From positions 60,946,001-61,010,000 of the forward strand of contig OX597814.1 in the NCBI GenBank assembly GCA_951406725.2: a stretch of 64,000 nt of DNA. The letters are read 5' to 3'. The stretch is from Octopus vulgaris (taxonomy: Eukaryota). The position numbers and the translations under genes are program-made. Below the pieces are notes generated by a model. That model did no database searches, had not been told where the DNA came from, and saw nothing but the letters and a program-made list of their open reading frames with translations. Of the stretch, positions 13,526 to 26,800 are shown in pieces (position 1 is the stretch's first letter; every line of letters starts with the position of its first letter).

Positions 13526-14796
13526 GTGCTACATAAAGTCATGGCTGATGTCCTTCCATTTCGGACTAAGTAATTCTTCATTGTATTTCTTTATAATTAA
13601 TGTTACAAAAATGAGTTTACAGTGACAAAATATTGCCGTGTCAGTTGTACATGAACCATCAACAAGTATGCTGTGACCCTCTCAGTTCACTCTTCTAAGA
13701 GAGACACTCTAATATAATACCAGTGCCACTCACATCTTTGAGTTATTTCTCTCTTATCCATCAGCTAAAAGTAAACTGAATTTAATAAGGGATGAATTCT
13801 GAAAATGGATTTGTCTCCAGTATTAAAATGCGAAACATAAATTCTACTTGCTTTAATCCAACTTGGATAATCCATTTTTCATATGGATCAAGAATTCCTA
13901 AGTAGAAACATTTGCATCTATTCATGGATTAATTGAAAACTGTGTATTCAATGATTTATATTCACTCTCTTATATTCCCTTCATTCTTTCTTTCCTTCTT
14001 CATTCCTTTCAGTTTAATCAATTCTGAGATTTCTTCCATATTAAATATATGTTTAGAATATGTATATTGTCTAAATTTGATTTTCTCATTTGGAGAAAAT
14101 CTGAAATGGAAAATTAGATCTAATTGGAAAAATTTTACAGCAGTATTTAGTTTAATAACACGGGCTGCAGAAAAAAAATCATAACTGCAGCTGTTTTAAC
14201 TATTGCTGCTGATGATTATGGTGATGATGATGACAGTGGCAGCAACAGTTTCTTACTTAGACATTTGGTGGCAAGGAACAGTCAATTATATCAGCCCCAG
14301 AAGGATGAAAAAGCAAAGTTGACTTCAGCTGGAATTGAACTCAGCATGCAAATAGCCAGAACAAATACAAGTCATTTTTGTTCAATGATTTAACAATTCT
14401 GCCAATCCATCACCCAATCAATAACAATAACAATAGTGTTTCTAACTTTGGCACAGAGCCAGCAATTTTGAAGGAAAGGATTTAGTTAATACCATCAGCC
14501 CCCAACAGTATGAAAGGCAAACTTGACTTTAGCAACATTTGAACTCAGAACATAGAGAGCTGAAAGAAATATCGAGTCATTTCATTTGATATTCTAGCAA
14601 TTCTTTCAGTCTATCATTCTAGTCATAATCATCATCATCTCTTCATTTCATATCTGCCTTCCATGCTGGCATGAGTTGGAGGACAAACTGGGCAGCATCT
14701 AGCCAAAGAAAATCTGTCTGTTTCAGGGAATTTTATCTGACCCATGCTAACATGGAAATGTGGATGTCAAAATGATATGATAATTAAATACACACA

Positions 14797-14831
<35 letters not shown>

Positions 14832-14855
14832 GTTGAAGTGACGTGCAGATATTGC

Positions 14856-15028
14856 ATATTAAGGAAAAGGAGACAGAATTTTGGATAATTTTTAGCTCTT
14901 TCGTCCATTCAATTGAACTCTTCAGATATGATGTACAGAAATTTTTTTTATATCTGAAGAGTTTGATTAAATGGAAGAAAGTGCTAATAAAGAATTATCC
15001 AGAATTCTGACTGCCTCCTTCTTAATAT
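14856..15028. repeat. Imperfect ~75-bp inverted repeat, each arm with a hammerhead-like core (Penelope-like pLTR remnant)
   Basis: Plus arm: tat CTGAAGA gtttgattaaatggaa GAAA gtgc TA ata. Minus arm: atat CTGAAGA gttcaattgaatggac GAAA gagc TA. It sits in (TA)n. Confidence 0.55.
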
Positions 15029-15030
15029 AT

Positions 15031-16635
15031 ATAGAGCTGTGCAAGCCATGTACAGGGGTGCTTTCAGTAAGGTGAGGGTTGGCAATGAGTATAATGAAGA
15101 ATTCAGGGTACAAATAGGGGTTCACCAAGGATCAGTCCTCAGTCCCCTCTTGTTCATCATAATCCTCCAGGCAATAACAGAGCAGTTCAAGATAGGCTGC
15201 CCCTGGGAGCTCCTCTAGGCTGATGACTTTGCTCTTATAGCTGAATCACTACCAGAACTAGAGAAGTTTCAGGTGTGTAAGCAAGGTCTAGAATCAAAGG
15301 GCCTTAGAGTTAACCTAGCAAAAGCCAAAGTCTTAGTAAGTAGGAAAGCAAGCAAATCACAAATCCCTTCAGGTAGATGGCCTTGCTCAATCTGTAGAAA
15401 AGGCACAGGTAGAAACTTTATAAGATGTACTCACTGTAAGCTATGGACACATAAGAGGTGCAACAATATCAGAGGAAGGTTAACAGAGAAAATAGTTTTT
15501 GTGTGTGGAAGGTGCACAGGTATAATTAACACTAAAAATGTACAGAAGATAGATTCCATCACATGCCAACTAGAAGTAGTCGATAGCTTCCATTACCTAG
15601 GTGACCAGGTCAGTAGCAGGGGTGGATGCTCCAAGAACATTGCTGCTAGAATATGAATAGGCTGGGCAAAGCTCAGAGAGCTCCTACCTCTACTGGTAAC
15701 AAAGGGCCTCTCACTCAAAATGAAAGGCAGACTGTATGATATCTGTGTGCAAACTACCATGCTACACAGCAGTGAAACATGGGCTGTGAAAGCCAAGCAC
15801 ATGCACAGGCTTGTAAGAAATGAAGCTAGTATATTTCGCTGGATGTGTAATGTCAGTGTGCATGCACAGTAGAGTATAAGCATCCTGAAAGAAAAGGTGG
15901 GCATAAGAGGCATCAGATGTGGTGCACAAGGGAGATGACTGCACTGGTATGGTCATGTGATGTGTATGGACAAGGACAGCAGTGTGAAAAAGTGTCACAC
16001 TCTAATGGTGGGGGAGAACCTGTGGAAGAGGTAGACCCAAGAAGACATGGGACAAGGTGGTGGAGGACGATCTCCAAATGTTGGGCCTCACAGGCAATGA
16101 CAAGTGACCAAGGCCTTTGGCAATATGCCGTGCTTGCAAAGACCCATCAAGCCAAGTAAGATCGTGTTGCGTAACTGGCCTGTTAAAAGCACCCTTCAAA
16201 TGTTGGGCAATATGCTGTGCTTGTGAAGACCCATCAAGCGAAATGAAATCATAGTCATGGCCAGTGCCAGTGCTGTCTGACTGGCACCTGTGACAGTGGC
16301 ACATAAAAAGCACCATTCGAGTGTTGGGCCTCATGGAAACAGTAACAGGTGGGTGAGACCTTTGGCGATATACCATGCTGTGTAGACCTGTCAAAGCAAG
16401 TAAGACTATAGTTGTAGCCAATGTCAGTGTCAGGTCAATGGCACCTGTGGCAGTGGCATGTAAAAAACACCCACTACATTCTCAGAATGGTTGGTGTTAG
16501 GAAGGGCACCCAGCTGTTGAAACCTTTCCAAATCAGATTAGAACCTGATGCAGCTCTCCAGCTTACCAGTTTTCAGTCAAACCACCCAACCCATGCCAAC
16601 ATGGAAGACGGATGTTAAATGATGATGATGATGAT
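15031..16635 (+). mobile_element. 5'-truncated, decayed RTE LINE copy (3' half of RT, PHD insert, C-terminus and 3' UTR)
   Basis: It is homologous to 23228-24990. It retains GVHQGSVLSPLLF and the CSIC...CTHC...HKRC...CGRC finger. The YADD codons are mutated to TAG-GCT-GAT-GAC. It ends in (GAT)n. Confidence 0.9.
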
Positions 16636-17750
16636 ATATCCCTTGTGCTTTTCTTTGTCTTCTTCCCTATCAGTGTCCCTTGTTTAAATGTCATCCGCTT
16701 TAAAAAGTAACTGATGAACTGTCTTGCTATCAGCTTGAAAAATGACAAAAATATATATATATTTATATGTATGTGTATATATATATATGTATGTGTGTAC
16801 CGGTGGGACGTGAACAAAACATTTGAGCGAGGTCGTTGCCAGTGCCACAGGACTGACTCCTGTGCAGGTGTCATGTAAAAAACACCATTTCGAGCATGGC
16901 CGTAGCCAGTACTGCCAGACTGGCCCTTGTGCAGGTGGCATGTAAAAGCACCCACTACACTCTTGGAGTGGTTGGCATTAGGAAGGGCATCCAGCTGTAG
17001 AAATTCTGCTAGATGAGATTGGAGCCTGGTGCAGCCATCTGGTTCGCCAGTCCTCAGTCAAATCGTCCAACCCATGCTAGCATGGAAAACGGACGTTAAA
17101 GGATGATGATGATGATATATATATATAACATAGTCATTTAGCCCATGCTGGCAGGGGAAAACAAATGATGTATCATAAATGCATACATACAGATAGATTC
17201 ACACACACACACACACATGCGTATGCACACAAATATACAAACATACACACTTACACACATATATGTATGCATATATATTTATACAAGATCTAATTAGACA
17301 CCCTACAGTAAATGCAATGCCAACACCAAATACACTGTTGTTATAATGTGGTGTCCAAGCTATTAGCTGAAGCTAATATCATAGTTACAAGAAGTAGTCT
17401 TCCATTCCGCAGGAGATGTGTCCCATTTTGAAGATTGGTTCTTAATTCTTTGCTTAATTATGATTTTTAACTTAAGGAAAAGGCTAGAAGAATGTATCAA
17501 GTGGAAGCAAATTCAATTCAATGAAGCTCAGTACATGCCTTTATACTAATTTTATGAACCCAAGAGAGAGTCAACACCCAGCAGAATTTTAATTCATTAC
17601 ACAGACAATGCTAACGACTGAAGCATATTTTCCTAGCCTTCTGTTGGTTCTGCTACTCTGTAATTATTATGCCAATTTGAATGTTGTTGGTGGGGTTAAG
17701 TTAGTTTAATTAAACTGCCTTGCATTCATTCTCTCTCTCTCTCTCTCACC

Positions 17751-17781
<31 letters not shown>

Positions 17782-20700
17782 ATGCCTCCCTTCCTGTCTT
17801 TCACCCTCCCTATCTCCCTTTCTTCTCACCCCTCCCTCTCTCTTTCTCTCCCACCCCTCCTCCCTCACTGTCTTGCTTTCTCTCTTGCTTACTCTCTCTC
17901 TTTCCCTCTCTCACCCTCCCTCTTTCTATTTTCGTTTGTTTTATTCTCATACATCTTACATTATCCCTACCCCTAATACACACACACACAGAAGCTCAGC
18001 CACATCTTTCTCCTCCATATCTCAATCACTCCCTCAAACCACAACTCCACTACACAATATTCAATCATATCTCTGTGTCCCATACACGCATAAAAACAGA
18101 CACACCAGTCTACATATCAATACAGTGAACTAGATCCCTGTTCATTCAGCATTCTAATCTCTAGTCATACTCTCTCTGTTTTCATATTTACTTTGCTTCC
18201 TCATAATTCACTAAAGGAGAATTTCAGAATTTAGCCTAATACACAATACAGCACAACACAGTACTTTAGGTTAATAGTACTTACATAGTCACTCAAACTG
18301 CTAGAAATAGCAATCAGATCTTTCTCAAATTACATCCTACTGTTTTGAACAATGGATGCATTGAACAATGTAATCCATGATATGTAGTGTCCAAGAGTAG
18401 GATGAGGCGAATATAGGTGAAATGTTTAATCAGATTTGTGGAGCCTATAAGCTCATCTGACTGGAGCTTACCTCAGTATCTAAGACATTAAATAACTAAG
18501 AGTACCCACCCTTCTGATTGAGATGAGAGCCTCTTGTAAGGATATCATCCTCCAAGTGTTATTGCTGTTACTCATTTTCAGCTGATTGAACTTAAGCAAT
18601 ATGAAATGAAATGCCTTGCTCAAGGACATAATGCTCTACTCAGTCCAGCTGTCAAACTCACAATATTACAAGCATGAGATCAACATCCTAACCACTAGGC
18701 CACACGTCCTTCATTCTATCAGGGTTGACCCAGGGCTAAATAATCATCAGGTTACAAACTTACAACCTTACAATCAAATATCCAAAGCCTAATCTACTCT
18801 GCCACTACAACTCTTCATTGATATCAAATAAGCAGATTATTGTATTTGATGAGCATAAAAGTTGCACATGCATATTTGATGCATCATGCTTTCAGCTGTG
18901 TATATTCAAGGAAAATATTTTTAGTGCAGTAAAGTTTATGGGAGACCAAACTTCATTTATAGGACCCAGAATGATGTTTTGAGACACTTTTTTTTACTAA
19001 AAGAAAGGGCATATTATATGCCATCAAATATGGTAATCATACTCCTATCACTGTTAATAATAGCTTCAAATTTTGACACAAGGCCAGCAATTTCAGGGGA
19101 GTGGGTAAGTCAATTACACCGATCCCAACACTCGACTGGTACCTATTTTATTGACCCCTAAAAGGATTAAAGGTAAAGTCGACCTCAACCGAATTTGAAC
19201 TCAGAACGTAAAGACAGACAAAATGTTGCTAAGTATTTTGTCCAGTGTGTTAATGATTCTGCCAACTTGCCACCTTAATGATAGGTGAAATACTTAGCAG
19301 TTTTTCGTCCATCTTTACCTTTCATCCTTTCGGGGTCGATAACATAAGTACCAGTCAAACAGTGGGGTAGAAGTAATCAACTTAACCCCTCCCCTGAACT
19401 TGCTGGCCCTTTGCCAAAATTTGAAACCAATAATAATGATGATGATGATGATGATGATGATAATAATGACAATCCTTTCTACCAAAGGCACAAGGCCTGA
19501 AATTTTTGGGGAGGGGACTAGTTAATTACATCAACCCCAGTACTCAATTTTATTGAACCCCTGCAAGGATGAAAGGTAAAGCTGACCTCAACAGAATTTA
19601 ACCTCAGAATGGACAAAATGCTGCTGTGTGATTTGTCCAGCATGCTAACAATTCTGCCAGCTCACCACCTTTATCACTGTTAATGATGGTATTTGCCCCT
19701 CTGAACTAACTACATACATCCTATCTGTAACCCATGCTAACCCTTTCACTCATCTCCTGTTATCTTTACTGTTGAGACATCCCATTAAACACTAGATTAC
19801 TTTGCTCAATTTCCAAGTATACAAACCTTCAGAATTTCCTTTGGACACTCATTTTGGGGCGTCCTTTTCATCATCATCATTTAACATCTGTTTTCCATGC
19901 TGGCATGGATTGGACAGTTTGCCCAGAGCTGCGGAACTGCACCAGACTCGAGTCTGATTTGGCATGGTTTCTATGGCTAGATGCCCTTTCTAACACCAGC
20001 CGCTTTACAGAATGTGCTGGGTACTTTTACATGGCACTGCATGAGTGCTTTTTGTGGCATCACACAGGTGCTTTTATGTGACACCACTACAAGTGCTTTT
20101 CATTTCTGCTGTTGAGTACAGCAAGATGCCAGGCATCTCAGTCCTTTGTCATCTCGTCTGAAAGGTTCAGTGTCTTGAGATATTTCTTCAGTAGTTCATC
20201 CCATATCCTCTTGGGTCTCTCACTTCCACGTGTTCCATCTACTTTGAGAGATAAGCACTCTGTAATCTTCTTTCTTGCACACAACAATTAATTCCTCTTA
20301 AGCCTAACTTTTCTCTCAGAAAACTAGCACTCTATCAAACATGTATATTTACATTACACATCCAGCAGAGCATACTAGCCTCATTCCTATCTAACATCAA
20401 TCTCACCAGTTTGGGTGGGGTCAGAGGGCTGTGAAGGTCATTGTCTTACTTCCTTTGATTATTGTATCTTCTATCTTTTATTTGTTTCATTCAGTAGACT
20501 GGAACCATAATGGCACACCACCTTAAAGAATTTTAGTTGAATAAATCGACCACAGTACATTTTTTTCTTATTTTGTAAGCCTGGTACTAATTCTATCAAT
20601 CTTTTTTGCCAAACTGCTAGGTTATGGGGATGTAAACATACCAACACTGGTTGTCAATCAGTGATGGAGGACAAACAGACACAAATCACACATGCACATA

Positions 20701-21417
20701 AACATATACATACAAGGAGGATGTTAAACAATGATGATATATGACAGGCTTCTTTCAGTTTCTGTCTACCAAATTCATTCATAAGGCTTTGGTCAGCCCA
20801 AGGCTATAGTAGAAGACACTTGCCCAAGGTACCATGCAGTGGGACTGAACCTGGAACCTTGTAGTTTGGGAAGCAAGCTTCTTACCGCACAGCCACCCCT
20901 GCATGAAAAAAATGTACTTGAAATTATAGTCAAACATCTTGCTGAAAACAGAGAAAACCCCAAATTTCTAAGGTGGAAATGTTTTTAACCACTGAGGATT
21001 GTGTTGTTATTTTTGTATTTGATATTTAGGTCAGGAATTCATTATTATTGTTGTTTGGGTCCCAGATCATCCCAGATCAAGCAGTCCTTGTTGAAAAGTA
21101 TTCCTACCATGACAATCCAACATTTTTAATTTAATTTTTATTTTTACTGGAGTAATTTATCTAGGTTAGTGCTATTCAATGTTTCTTTCCTTTCGAAGGC
21201 GATGCAGCTAGGTTTGCAGGAATAATGGCTGCTATTTCTAGCAAGTCAACTGACCATGCAGAAACTCCCTTGTTAGCTGGAATCCATTAAGAATTCATTT
21301 TTCATCAGTGTTACTCTCAGTAAACACTGATTCCTCTCTTCCTTTGCATCTACTTTTTTTTTTTGTTTCTTACTTCAAACCCATTACAATCCATTAACTG
21401 TACAATCAATTATTAAA

Positions 21418-21594
21418 CTACACATCAGTCTCTGTCTCACTGCAATACTGATTGCACCTCATACAATGAGTTACTGAACATTGATGTGTGCAGTATAGTT
21501 TCTTAGTTAGATATGGAGATGGTATATCTAGGACAACAGATCTATGTGTCATGCCTTGTTGTTCGTCCAACTGCCTGTGTGCCATAAGTCTGCT
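21418..21594 (-). CDS. Possible terminal coding exon of an unidentified minus-strand gene, ending in ETDV (class I PDZ-binding motif)
   Basis: It is non-repetitive, follows an acceptor tttacctgttgcag, and reads 58 codons (SRLMAHRQLDEQQG...CSETETDV) to TAG. I recognise no homology. Confidence 0.35.
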   Translation of the reverse strand, partial: SRLMAHRQLDEQQGMTHRSVVLDIPSPYLTKKLYCTHQCSVTHCMRCNQYCSETETDV

Positions 21595-21734
21595 CTGCAA
21601 CAGGTAAATATGGATTACACATCAACAATAACAACAATAGCTAAATAACAAACTTCTGCAAAATAAAATCTAACGATCAATGTCAAATCAATTCCAAAAC
21701 ACATACACATATGTATATATCATCATTTTATATA

Positions 21735-21767
<33 letters not shown>

Positions 21768-21772
21768 GTGTG

Positions 21773-21838
<66 letters not shown>

Positions 21839-22513
21839 ATAGGCTGTGTGGTAAGAAACTGGCTTTCCAACTATAAGGTTCCAGGTTCAATCTCATTACT
21901 TGGCACATTGGGCGAGTGTTTTCTTCTATAGCCTCAGGCCAACCAAAGCCTTGTGTGTGGATTTGGTAGATGGAAACTGAAAGAAGCCTGTCATATATAT
22001 ACATATACATGTTTGTGTGTGTGATTTATGTCTCTGTCTGTGTTTGTCCCCCACCACTGCCTAACACACTGTTAGTGTATTTACATCCCTGTAACTTAGT
22101 AGTTTGGCAAAAAGAGACCGATAGAATAGATCCCAGGTTTTAAAAAAACAAGTACTAGGGTCGATTCTTTTAATGTCCAGTCGCCCATCCTTACATGACT
22201 CTGACATACACTTACAACTATTACATGAAGTCAAGGCAAGGAGACAGTAACACACACACACACACACATACATTCATATATATATATATATATATATAAA
22301 GTTAATCCAAACAAGAAAGCACAAAAAAACACAACAACGCGAGGACGTGGAACAAATATAGTATTATTGGACGCTCAGGAAAGAAGGAAGGTTTAATGTT
22401 TCAAGCGGAGCCCTTCATCGGAAACATAGGAGAAGGGAAGACAGAGGAAAAAAATCGCCAACGGTACACACGAGGTCACATTTTGGTTACATATATGTAT
22501 ATATATGTATAAA

Positions 22514-22705
22514 CTTTATTTAAAAGCAGCAGAAATATAACAAAAGCTGTTACTTAGAGTTTCACATTCCCATTCGTTGGACAATTTTGTTAAAATTTTA
22601 ACAAAACTGTCCAACGATATTTCTGCTGCTTTTAAATAAAGCATATTACTCTACCTCTGGTATTTGAGTACTCTTTTTTCCATCTTGTTTCACATTTATG
22701 CACTT
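22514..22705. repeat. Nested inverted repeat, probably a Penelope-like terminal remnant
   Basis: The outer arms are ctttatttaaaagcagcagaaatat / atatttctgctgcttttaaataaag, with an inner near-palindrome tcgttggacaattttgttaaaattttaacaaaactgtccaacga. It is flanked by (TA)n. Confidence 0.55.
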
Positions 22706-23178
22706 ACCCTGGTATATATATATATATATTGGAGAACTGGAAACAAACAGCACTGTTTAAATGAGGCTTTGTTTACAGAGATCACACATGCTTTCATGAT
22801 AGACTGCCGACAAAAGAAATCATCTGTATGAAGAGTGAAGCATTTGTTTATAATTGGCAAACACACAATAATAAATGACAACAATCTCATTATCATACCT
22901 AGCAACGTTAGTGGATTTGTTAGGATTCTACAGCTATGGATATGGTAGTGGGGGCTCAGGGAGTATATATCCTAAATTTGCAGAAGAATTTGTTGTTGGG
23001 GCAGTTTAGCTTAAAGGTAGTGCACTAAGATGTGTAATCACAGAGGTGTGAGTTCGAGTCTCATGGCTGGCTGCCAACACATTTTTCTTCAAAATATGGG
23101 TAGTTTATTCTGTTCATACTGTATTATTAGCATTATCCTGCATTCGAGAATAAATAATTACTTCCATATATATATGTG

Positions 23179-23217
<39 letters not shown>

Positions 23218-23404
23218 GTGTATATATATCATCATCATCATCATCATCATCGTTTAACGTCCGCTTTCCATGCTAGCATGGGTTGGACGGTTCAACTGGG
23301 GTCTGGGAAGCCCGAAGGCTGCACCAGGCCAGTCAGATGTGGCAGTGTTTCTACAGCTGGATGCCCTTCCTAACGCCAACCACTCCGAGAGTGTAGTGGG
23401 TGAT

Positions 23405-23690
23405 TTTATGTGCCACCGACACAGGTGCCAGACGAGGCTGGCAGACGGCCACGCTCGGATGGTGTTTTTTATGTGCCACCGACACAGGTGCCAGACGAGG
23501 CTGGCAGACGGCCATGCTCGGATGGTGTTTTCTTATGTGTCACCGACACAGGTGCCAGACGAGGCTGGCGGATGGCCACGCTCGGATGGTGTTTGTTACG
23601 TGCCCTCAGCACGGAGGCCAGTCATTGCGGTACTGGCTACGGTCACGTTCGGATGGTTTTCTTATGTGCCACCGGCACTGGTACCACAAG
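23405..23690. repeat. About five ~63-67-bp tandem repeats in the RTE 3' UTR
   Basis: Units starting atgtgccaccgacacaggtgccagacgaggctggc... begin at ~23408, 23471 and 23535, with diverged units at ~23598 and 23665. Confidence 0.85.
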
Positions 23691-23854
23691 GATACAAATT
23701 CCATTGGTGTTCATCTATTTTGATTTGGTTCGATTTGATTCGATATGATTCGATTCTCACTTGCCTCAACAGGTCTTCACAAGTGTCACAAGAAGGAAGG
23801 TATGCACAGGTGGACTGACTACGTCCCAGGTAGGGGCCACGGATTATGGCTTCA

Positions 23855-26800
23855 CTAGTCTTGCCGGGTCTTCTCACGCACAGCATACTTCCATAGGTCT
23901 CGGTCTCTAGTCATTTCCATGGTGAGACCTAACGTCCGAAGGTCGTGCTTCACCACCTCGTCCCAGGTTTTCCTGGGTCTACCTCTTCCACGGGTTCCCT
24001 CAACTGCTAGGGATTGGCACTTTCTCACACACCTATCTTCATCCATTCTCGCCACATGACCATACCAGCGCAATCGTCTCTCTTGCACACAACAACTGAT
24101 GCTTCTTAGGTACAACATTTCTCTCAAGGTACTAACGCTCTGTCGAGTAAGTACACTGACATTACACATCCATCGGACCATACTGGCTTCGTTCCTCACG
24201 AGCTTACGCATGTCCTCAGCAGTCACGGCCCATGTTTCACTGCCATGTAGCATAGCTGTTCGTACACATGCATCATACAGTCTGCCTTTTACTCTGAGCG
24301 AGAGGCCTTTAGTCACCAGCAGAGGTAAGAGCTCCCTAAACTTTGCCCAGGCTATTCTTATTCTAGCAGTTACACTTTCAGCGCACCCACCCCCACTACT
24401 GACTTGGTCACCTAGATAGCGGAAGCTATCAACTACTTCTAGTTTTTCCCCCGGAAAGTGACAGAAGTTGTTTTCTGCAGATTTTCGGAGGTCAATGCTC
24501 CAGAGCACCTGCCACATACAAAAACTATCTTCCCAGTTAGCCTACCTTTGACATTGCTGCACCTCTTATGTGTCCATAGCTTACACTGGGTACATCTTAT
24601 AGAGTTTCTACCTACACCTTTTCTACAGATCGAGCAGGGCCATCTTCCTGAGGATAGTTGTGGGTTTTCTACCTTTCTACTTATTAGTACTTTGGTTTTA
24701 GCTAGGTTGACTCTAAGGCCCCTCGATTCTAAATCCTCCTTCCACACCTGGAACTTCTCCTCCAGTTCTGATAGTGACTCAGCGATTAGAGCGAGGTCGT
24801 CAGCATAGAGGAGCTCCCAGGGGCAACCTGTCTTGAATTCCTCCGTTATTGCCTGGAGGACTATGATAAATAGGAGGGGGCTGAGTACTGAACCCTGGTG
24901 GACCCCAACCTCTACTTTGAATTCTTCTGTGTACATGTTGCCAACTCTAACCTTACTTACGGCATCTCTGTACATGGCTTGCACAGCCCTCACCAGCCAT
25001 TCATCTATCCCTAGTTTCCTCATTGACCACCAGATGAGGGATCGGGGGACCCTATCAAAGGCTTTCTCCATGTCAACGAAAGCCAGGTACAGGGGCTTAT
25101 CCTTGGCTAGGTATTTCTCCTGCAGCTGCCTTACTAGGAATATAGCATCAGTGGTGCTTTTCCCTGGGACAAACCCAAACTGCATCTCATCTAAACTAAC
25201 TCTCTCTCTAATTAGTTGGGCTATGACCCTCTCCGTAACCTTCATTACCTGATCCAACAGCTTGATACCTCTGTAATTATTTGTATCCAGGGCATCACCT
25301 TTGCCTTTGTAGCAGTTGATTAGTATGCTGCTACACCAGTCATTGGGTATGACTCCTTCGTGTATCACCTGGTTGACTATACGGGTGACTAGGTTATAGC
25401 CGACACTGCCAGATATTTTGAGCATCTCTGCAGTAATTCCTGATGGGCCTGGGGCTTTCCCTGTCTTCATGCTTCTAATTGCCTTAGCTACCACGGAACT
25501 ATCAACTCGGATAGCTGGTCCCTCTGTTGGGTCAACATTTGGCAGACTCTCTTTATCCCATTCATTTTCTTTATTCAGCAAACTTTCATAGTGGCATCTC
25601 CAAACCTCTCTCTTTGCATCCTCATTTAGCGCAAGTGAACCATCATCCATGCGAACACACTTCTCTCCTACCACATCACGATTCTCTCTCACACACTGTC
25701 TTGCAACACGAAATACCTCAAGTGTTTCATCCTCACGGCTCAGAACATTGGCAAATTTTTTCTTATCCGCTTCCCCTCTGGCTAAATAAACCTGTCTCCT
25801 AGCTTCCCTTTTGGCTGTCTGATACAATTCCCTGCTACCACCGTTCTTCCAGTCCTTCCAAGCCTGTCTCTTTTGTCTAATAGCCCCGTCAACCACCGTG
25901 TTCCACCACCATGTAACTCTGGGTCGAGATGGTACTTTGCTCCATCCACAGATCTGGTCAGTGGCTGTCAGCAGATTGTCCCGTAGGAATCTCCAGTTGT
26001 CTTCCACATTAAGTGAAGCTATATCCCCTTCTATTTCGTCAGAGGCTTCGAGTAGTATGTCTCTAAATCTCTGTCCATTTGCAGGATCTTTAAGCTTCCA
26101 GACCCTTCTCCTCCAAGCTGGTCTTCTTCTGGGCAACCATTTAGCTCTGATCCTGAAGTCGCTAACTACTAATCTATGTTGGGGAGTACATTCTTCGCCT
26201 GGGAAGGTTTTGGCATTTATAATCAGCCCTCTTTCCCTTTTTCTGGCAAGGATGTAGTCAATCTGGCTGGTGTGTCTGCCAGAACGGTAGGTGACTAGGT
26301 GAGAGGTGGGTTTCCTGAAGTGGGTATTGCAGACCATAAGGTCATTTGCATCGCAGAACTCCAGCAGCCTGGTTCCCTCCTCATTTCGAGAGCCAAAACC
26401 GTGGCCTCCATGGATGCCATGGAAGCCCCTGACATGTCGTCCAACATGTCCATTGAAATCACCTGCCACGAAGAGAAGGTCACTGTCATTTGTCAATGAG
26501 GTAGTCCGCAATAGGGTGTCATAGAATTGGTCTTTTTGTCCTTCCGGTAGCCCTGGTTGAGGGGTATATGCCGAGATGATGGTAGCTGTCCTATGGTGAA
26601 GAACTAATCTAATTTTAATTACTCTGTCACTTACTCTGACTACCTCGATTACCTTACCTATCCATTTCTCCGCAAGAAGTATACCCACGCCCCCGACTCC
26701 GTCAATGTTCCCTGCCCAGAAAATCTTGTACCTGTGTTCCTTGCCCGTGAGGAGCCTAGCAGAACCTCCTCTCCACCTTACTTCCTGGATACAGCATACA

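Noticed and set aside
23405-23690. CRISPR-like regularly spaced repeats
   Set aside because: The context is eukaryotic, whole units are repeated rather than separated by unique spacers, there are no cas genes, and the array is part of a LINE 3' UTR.
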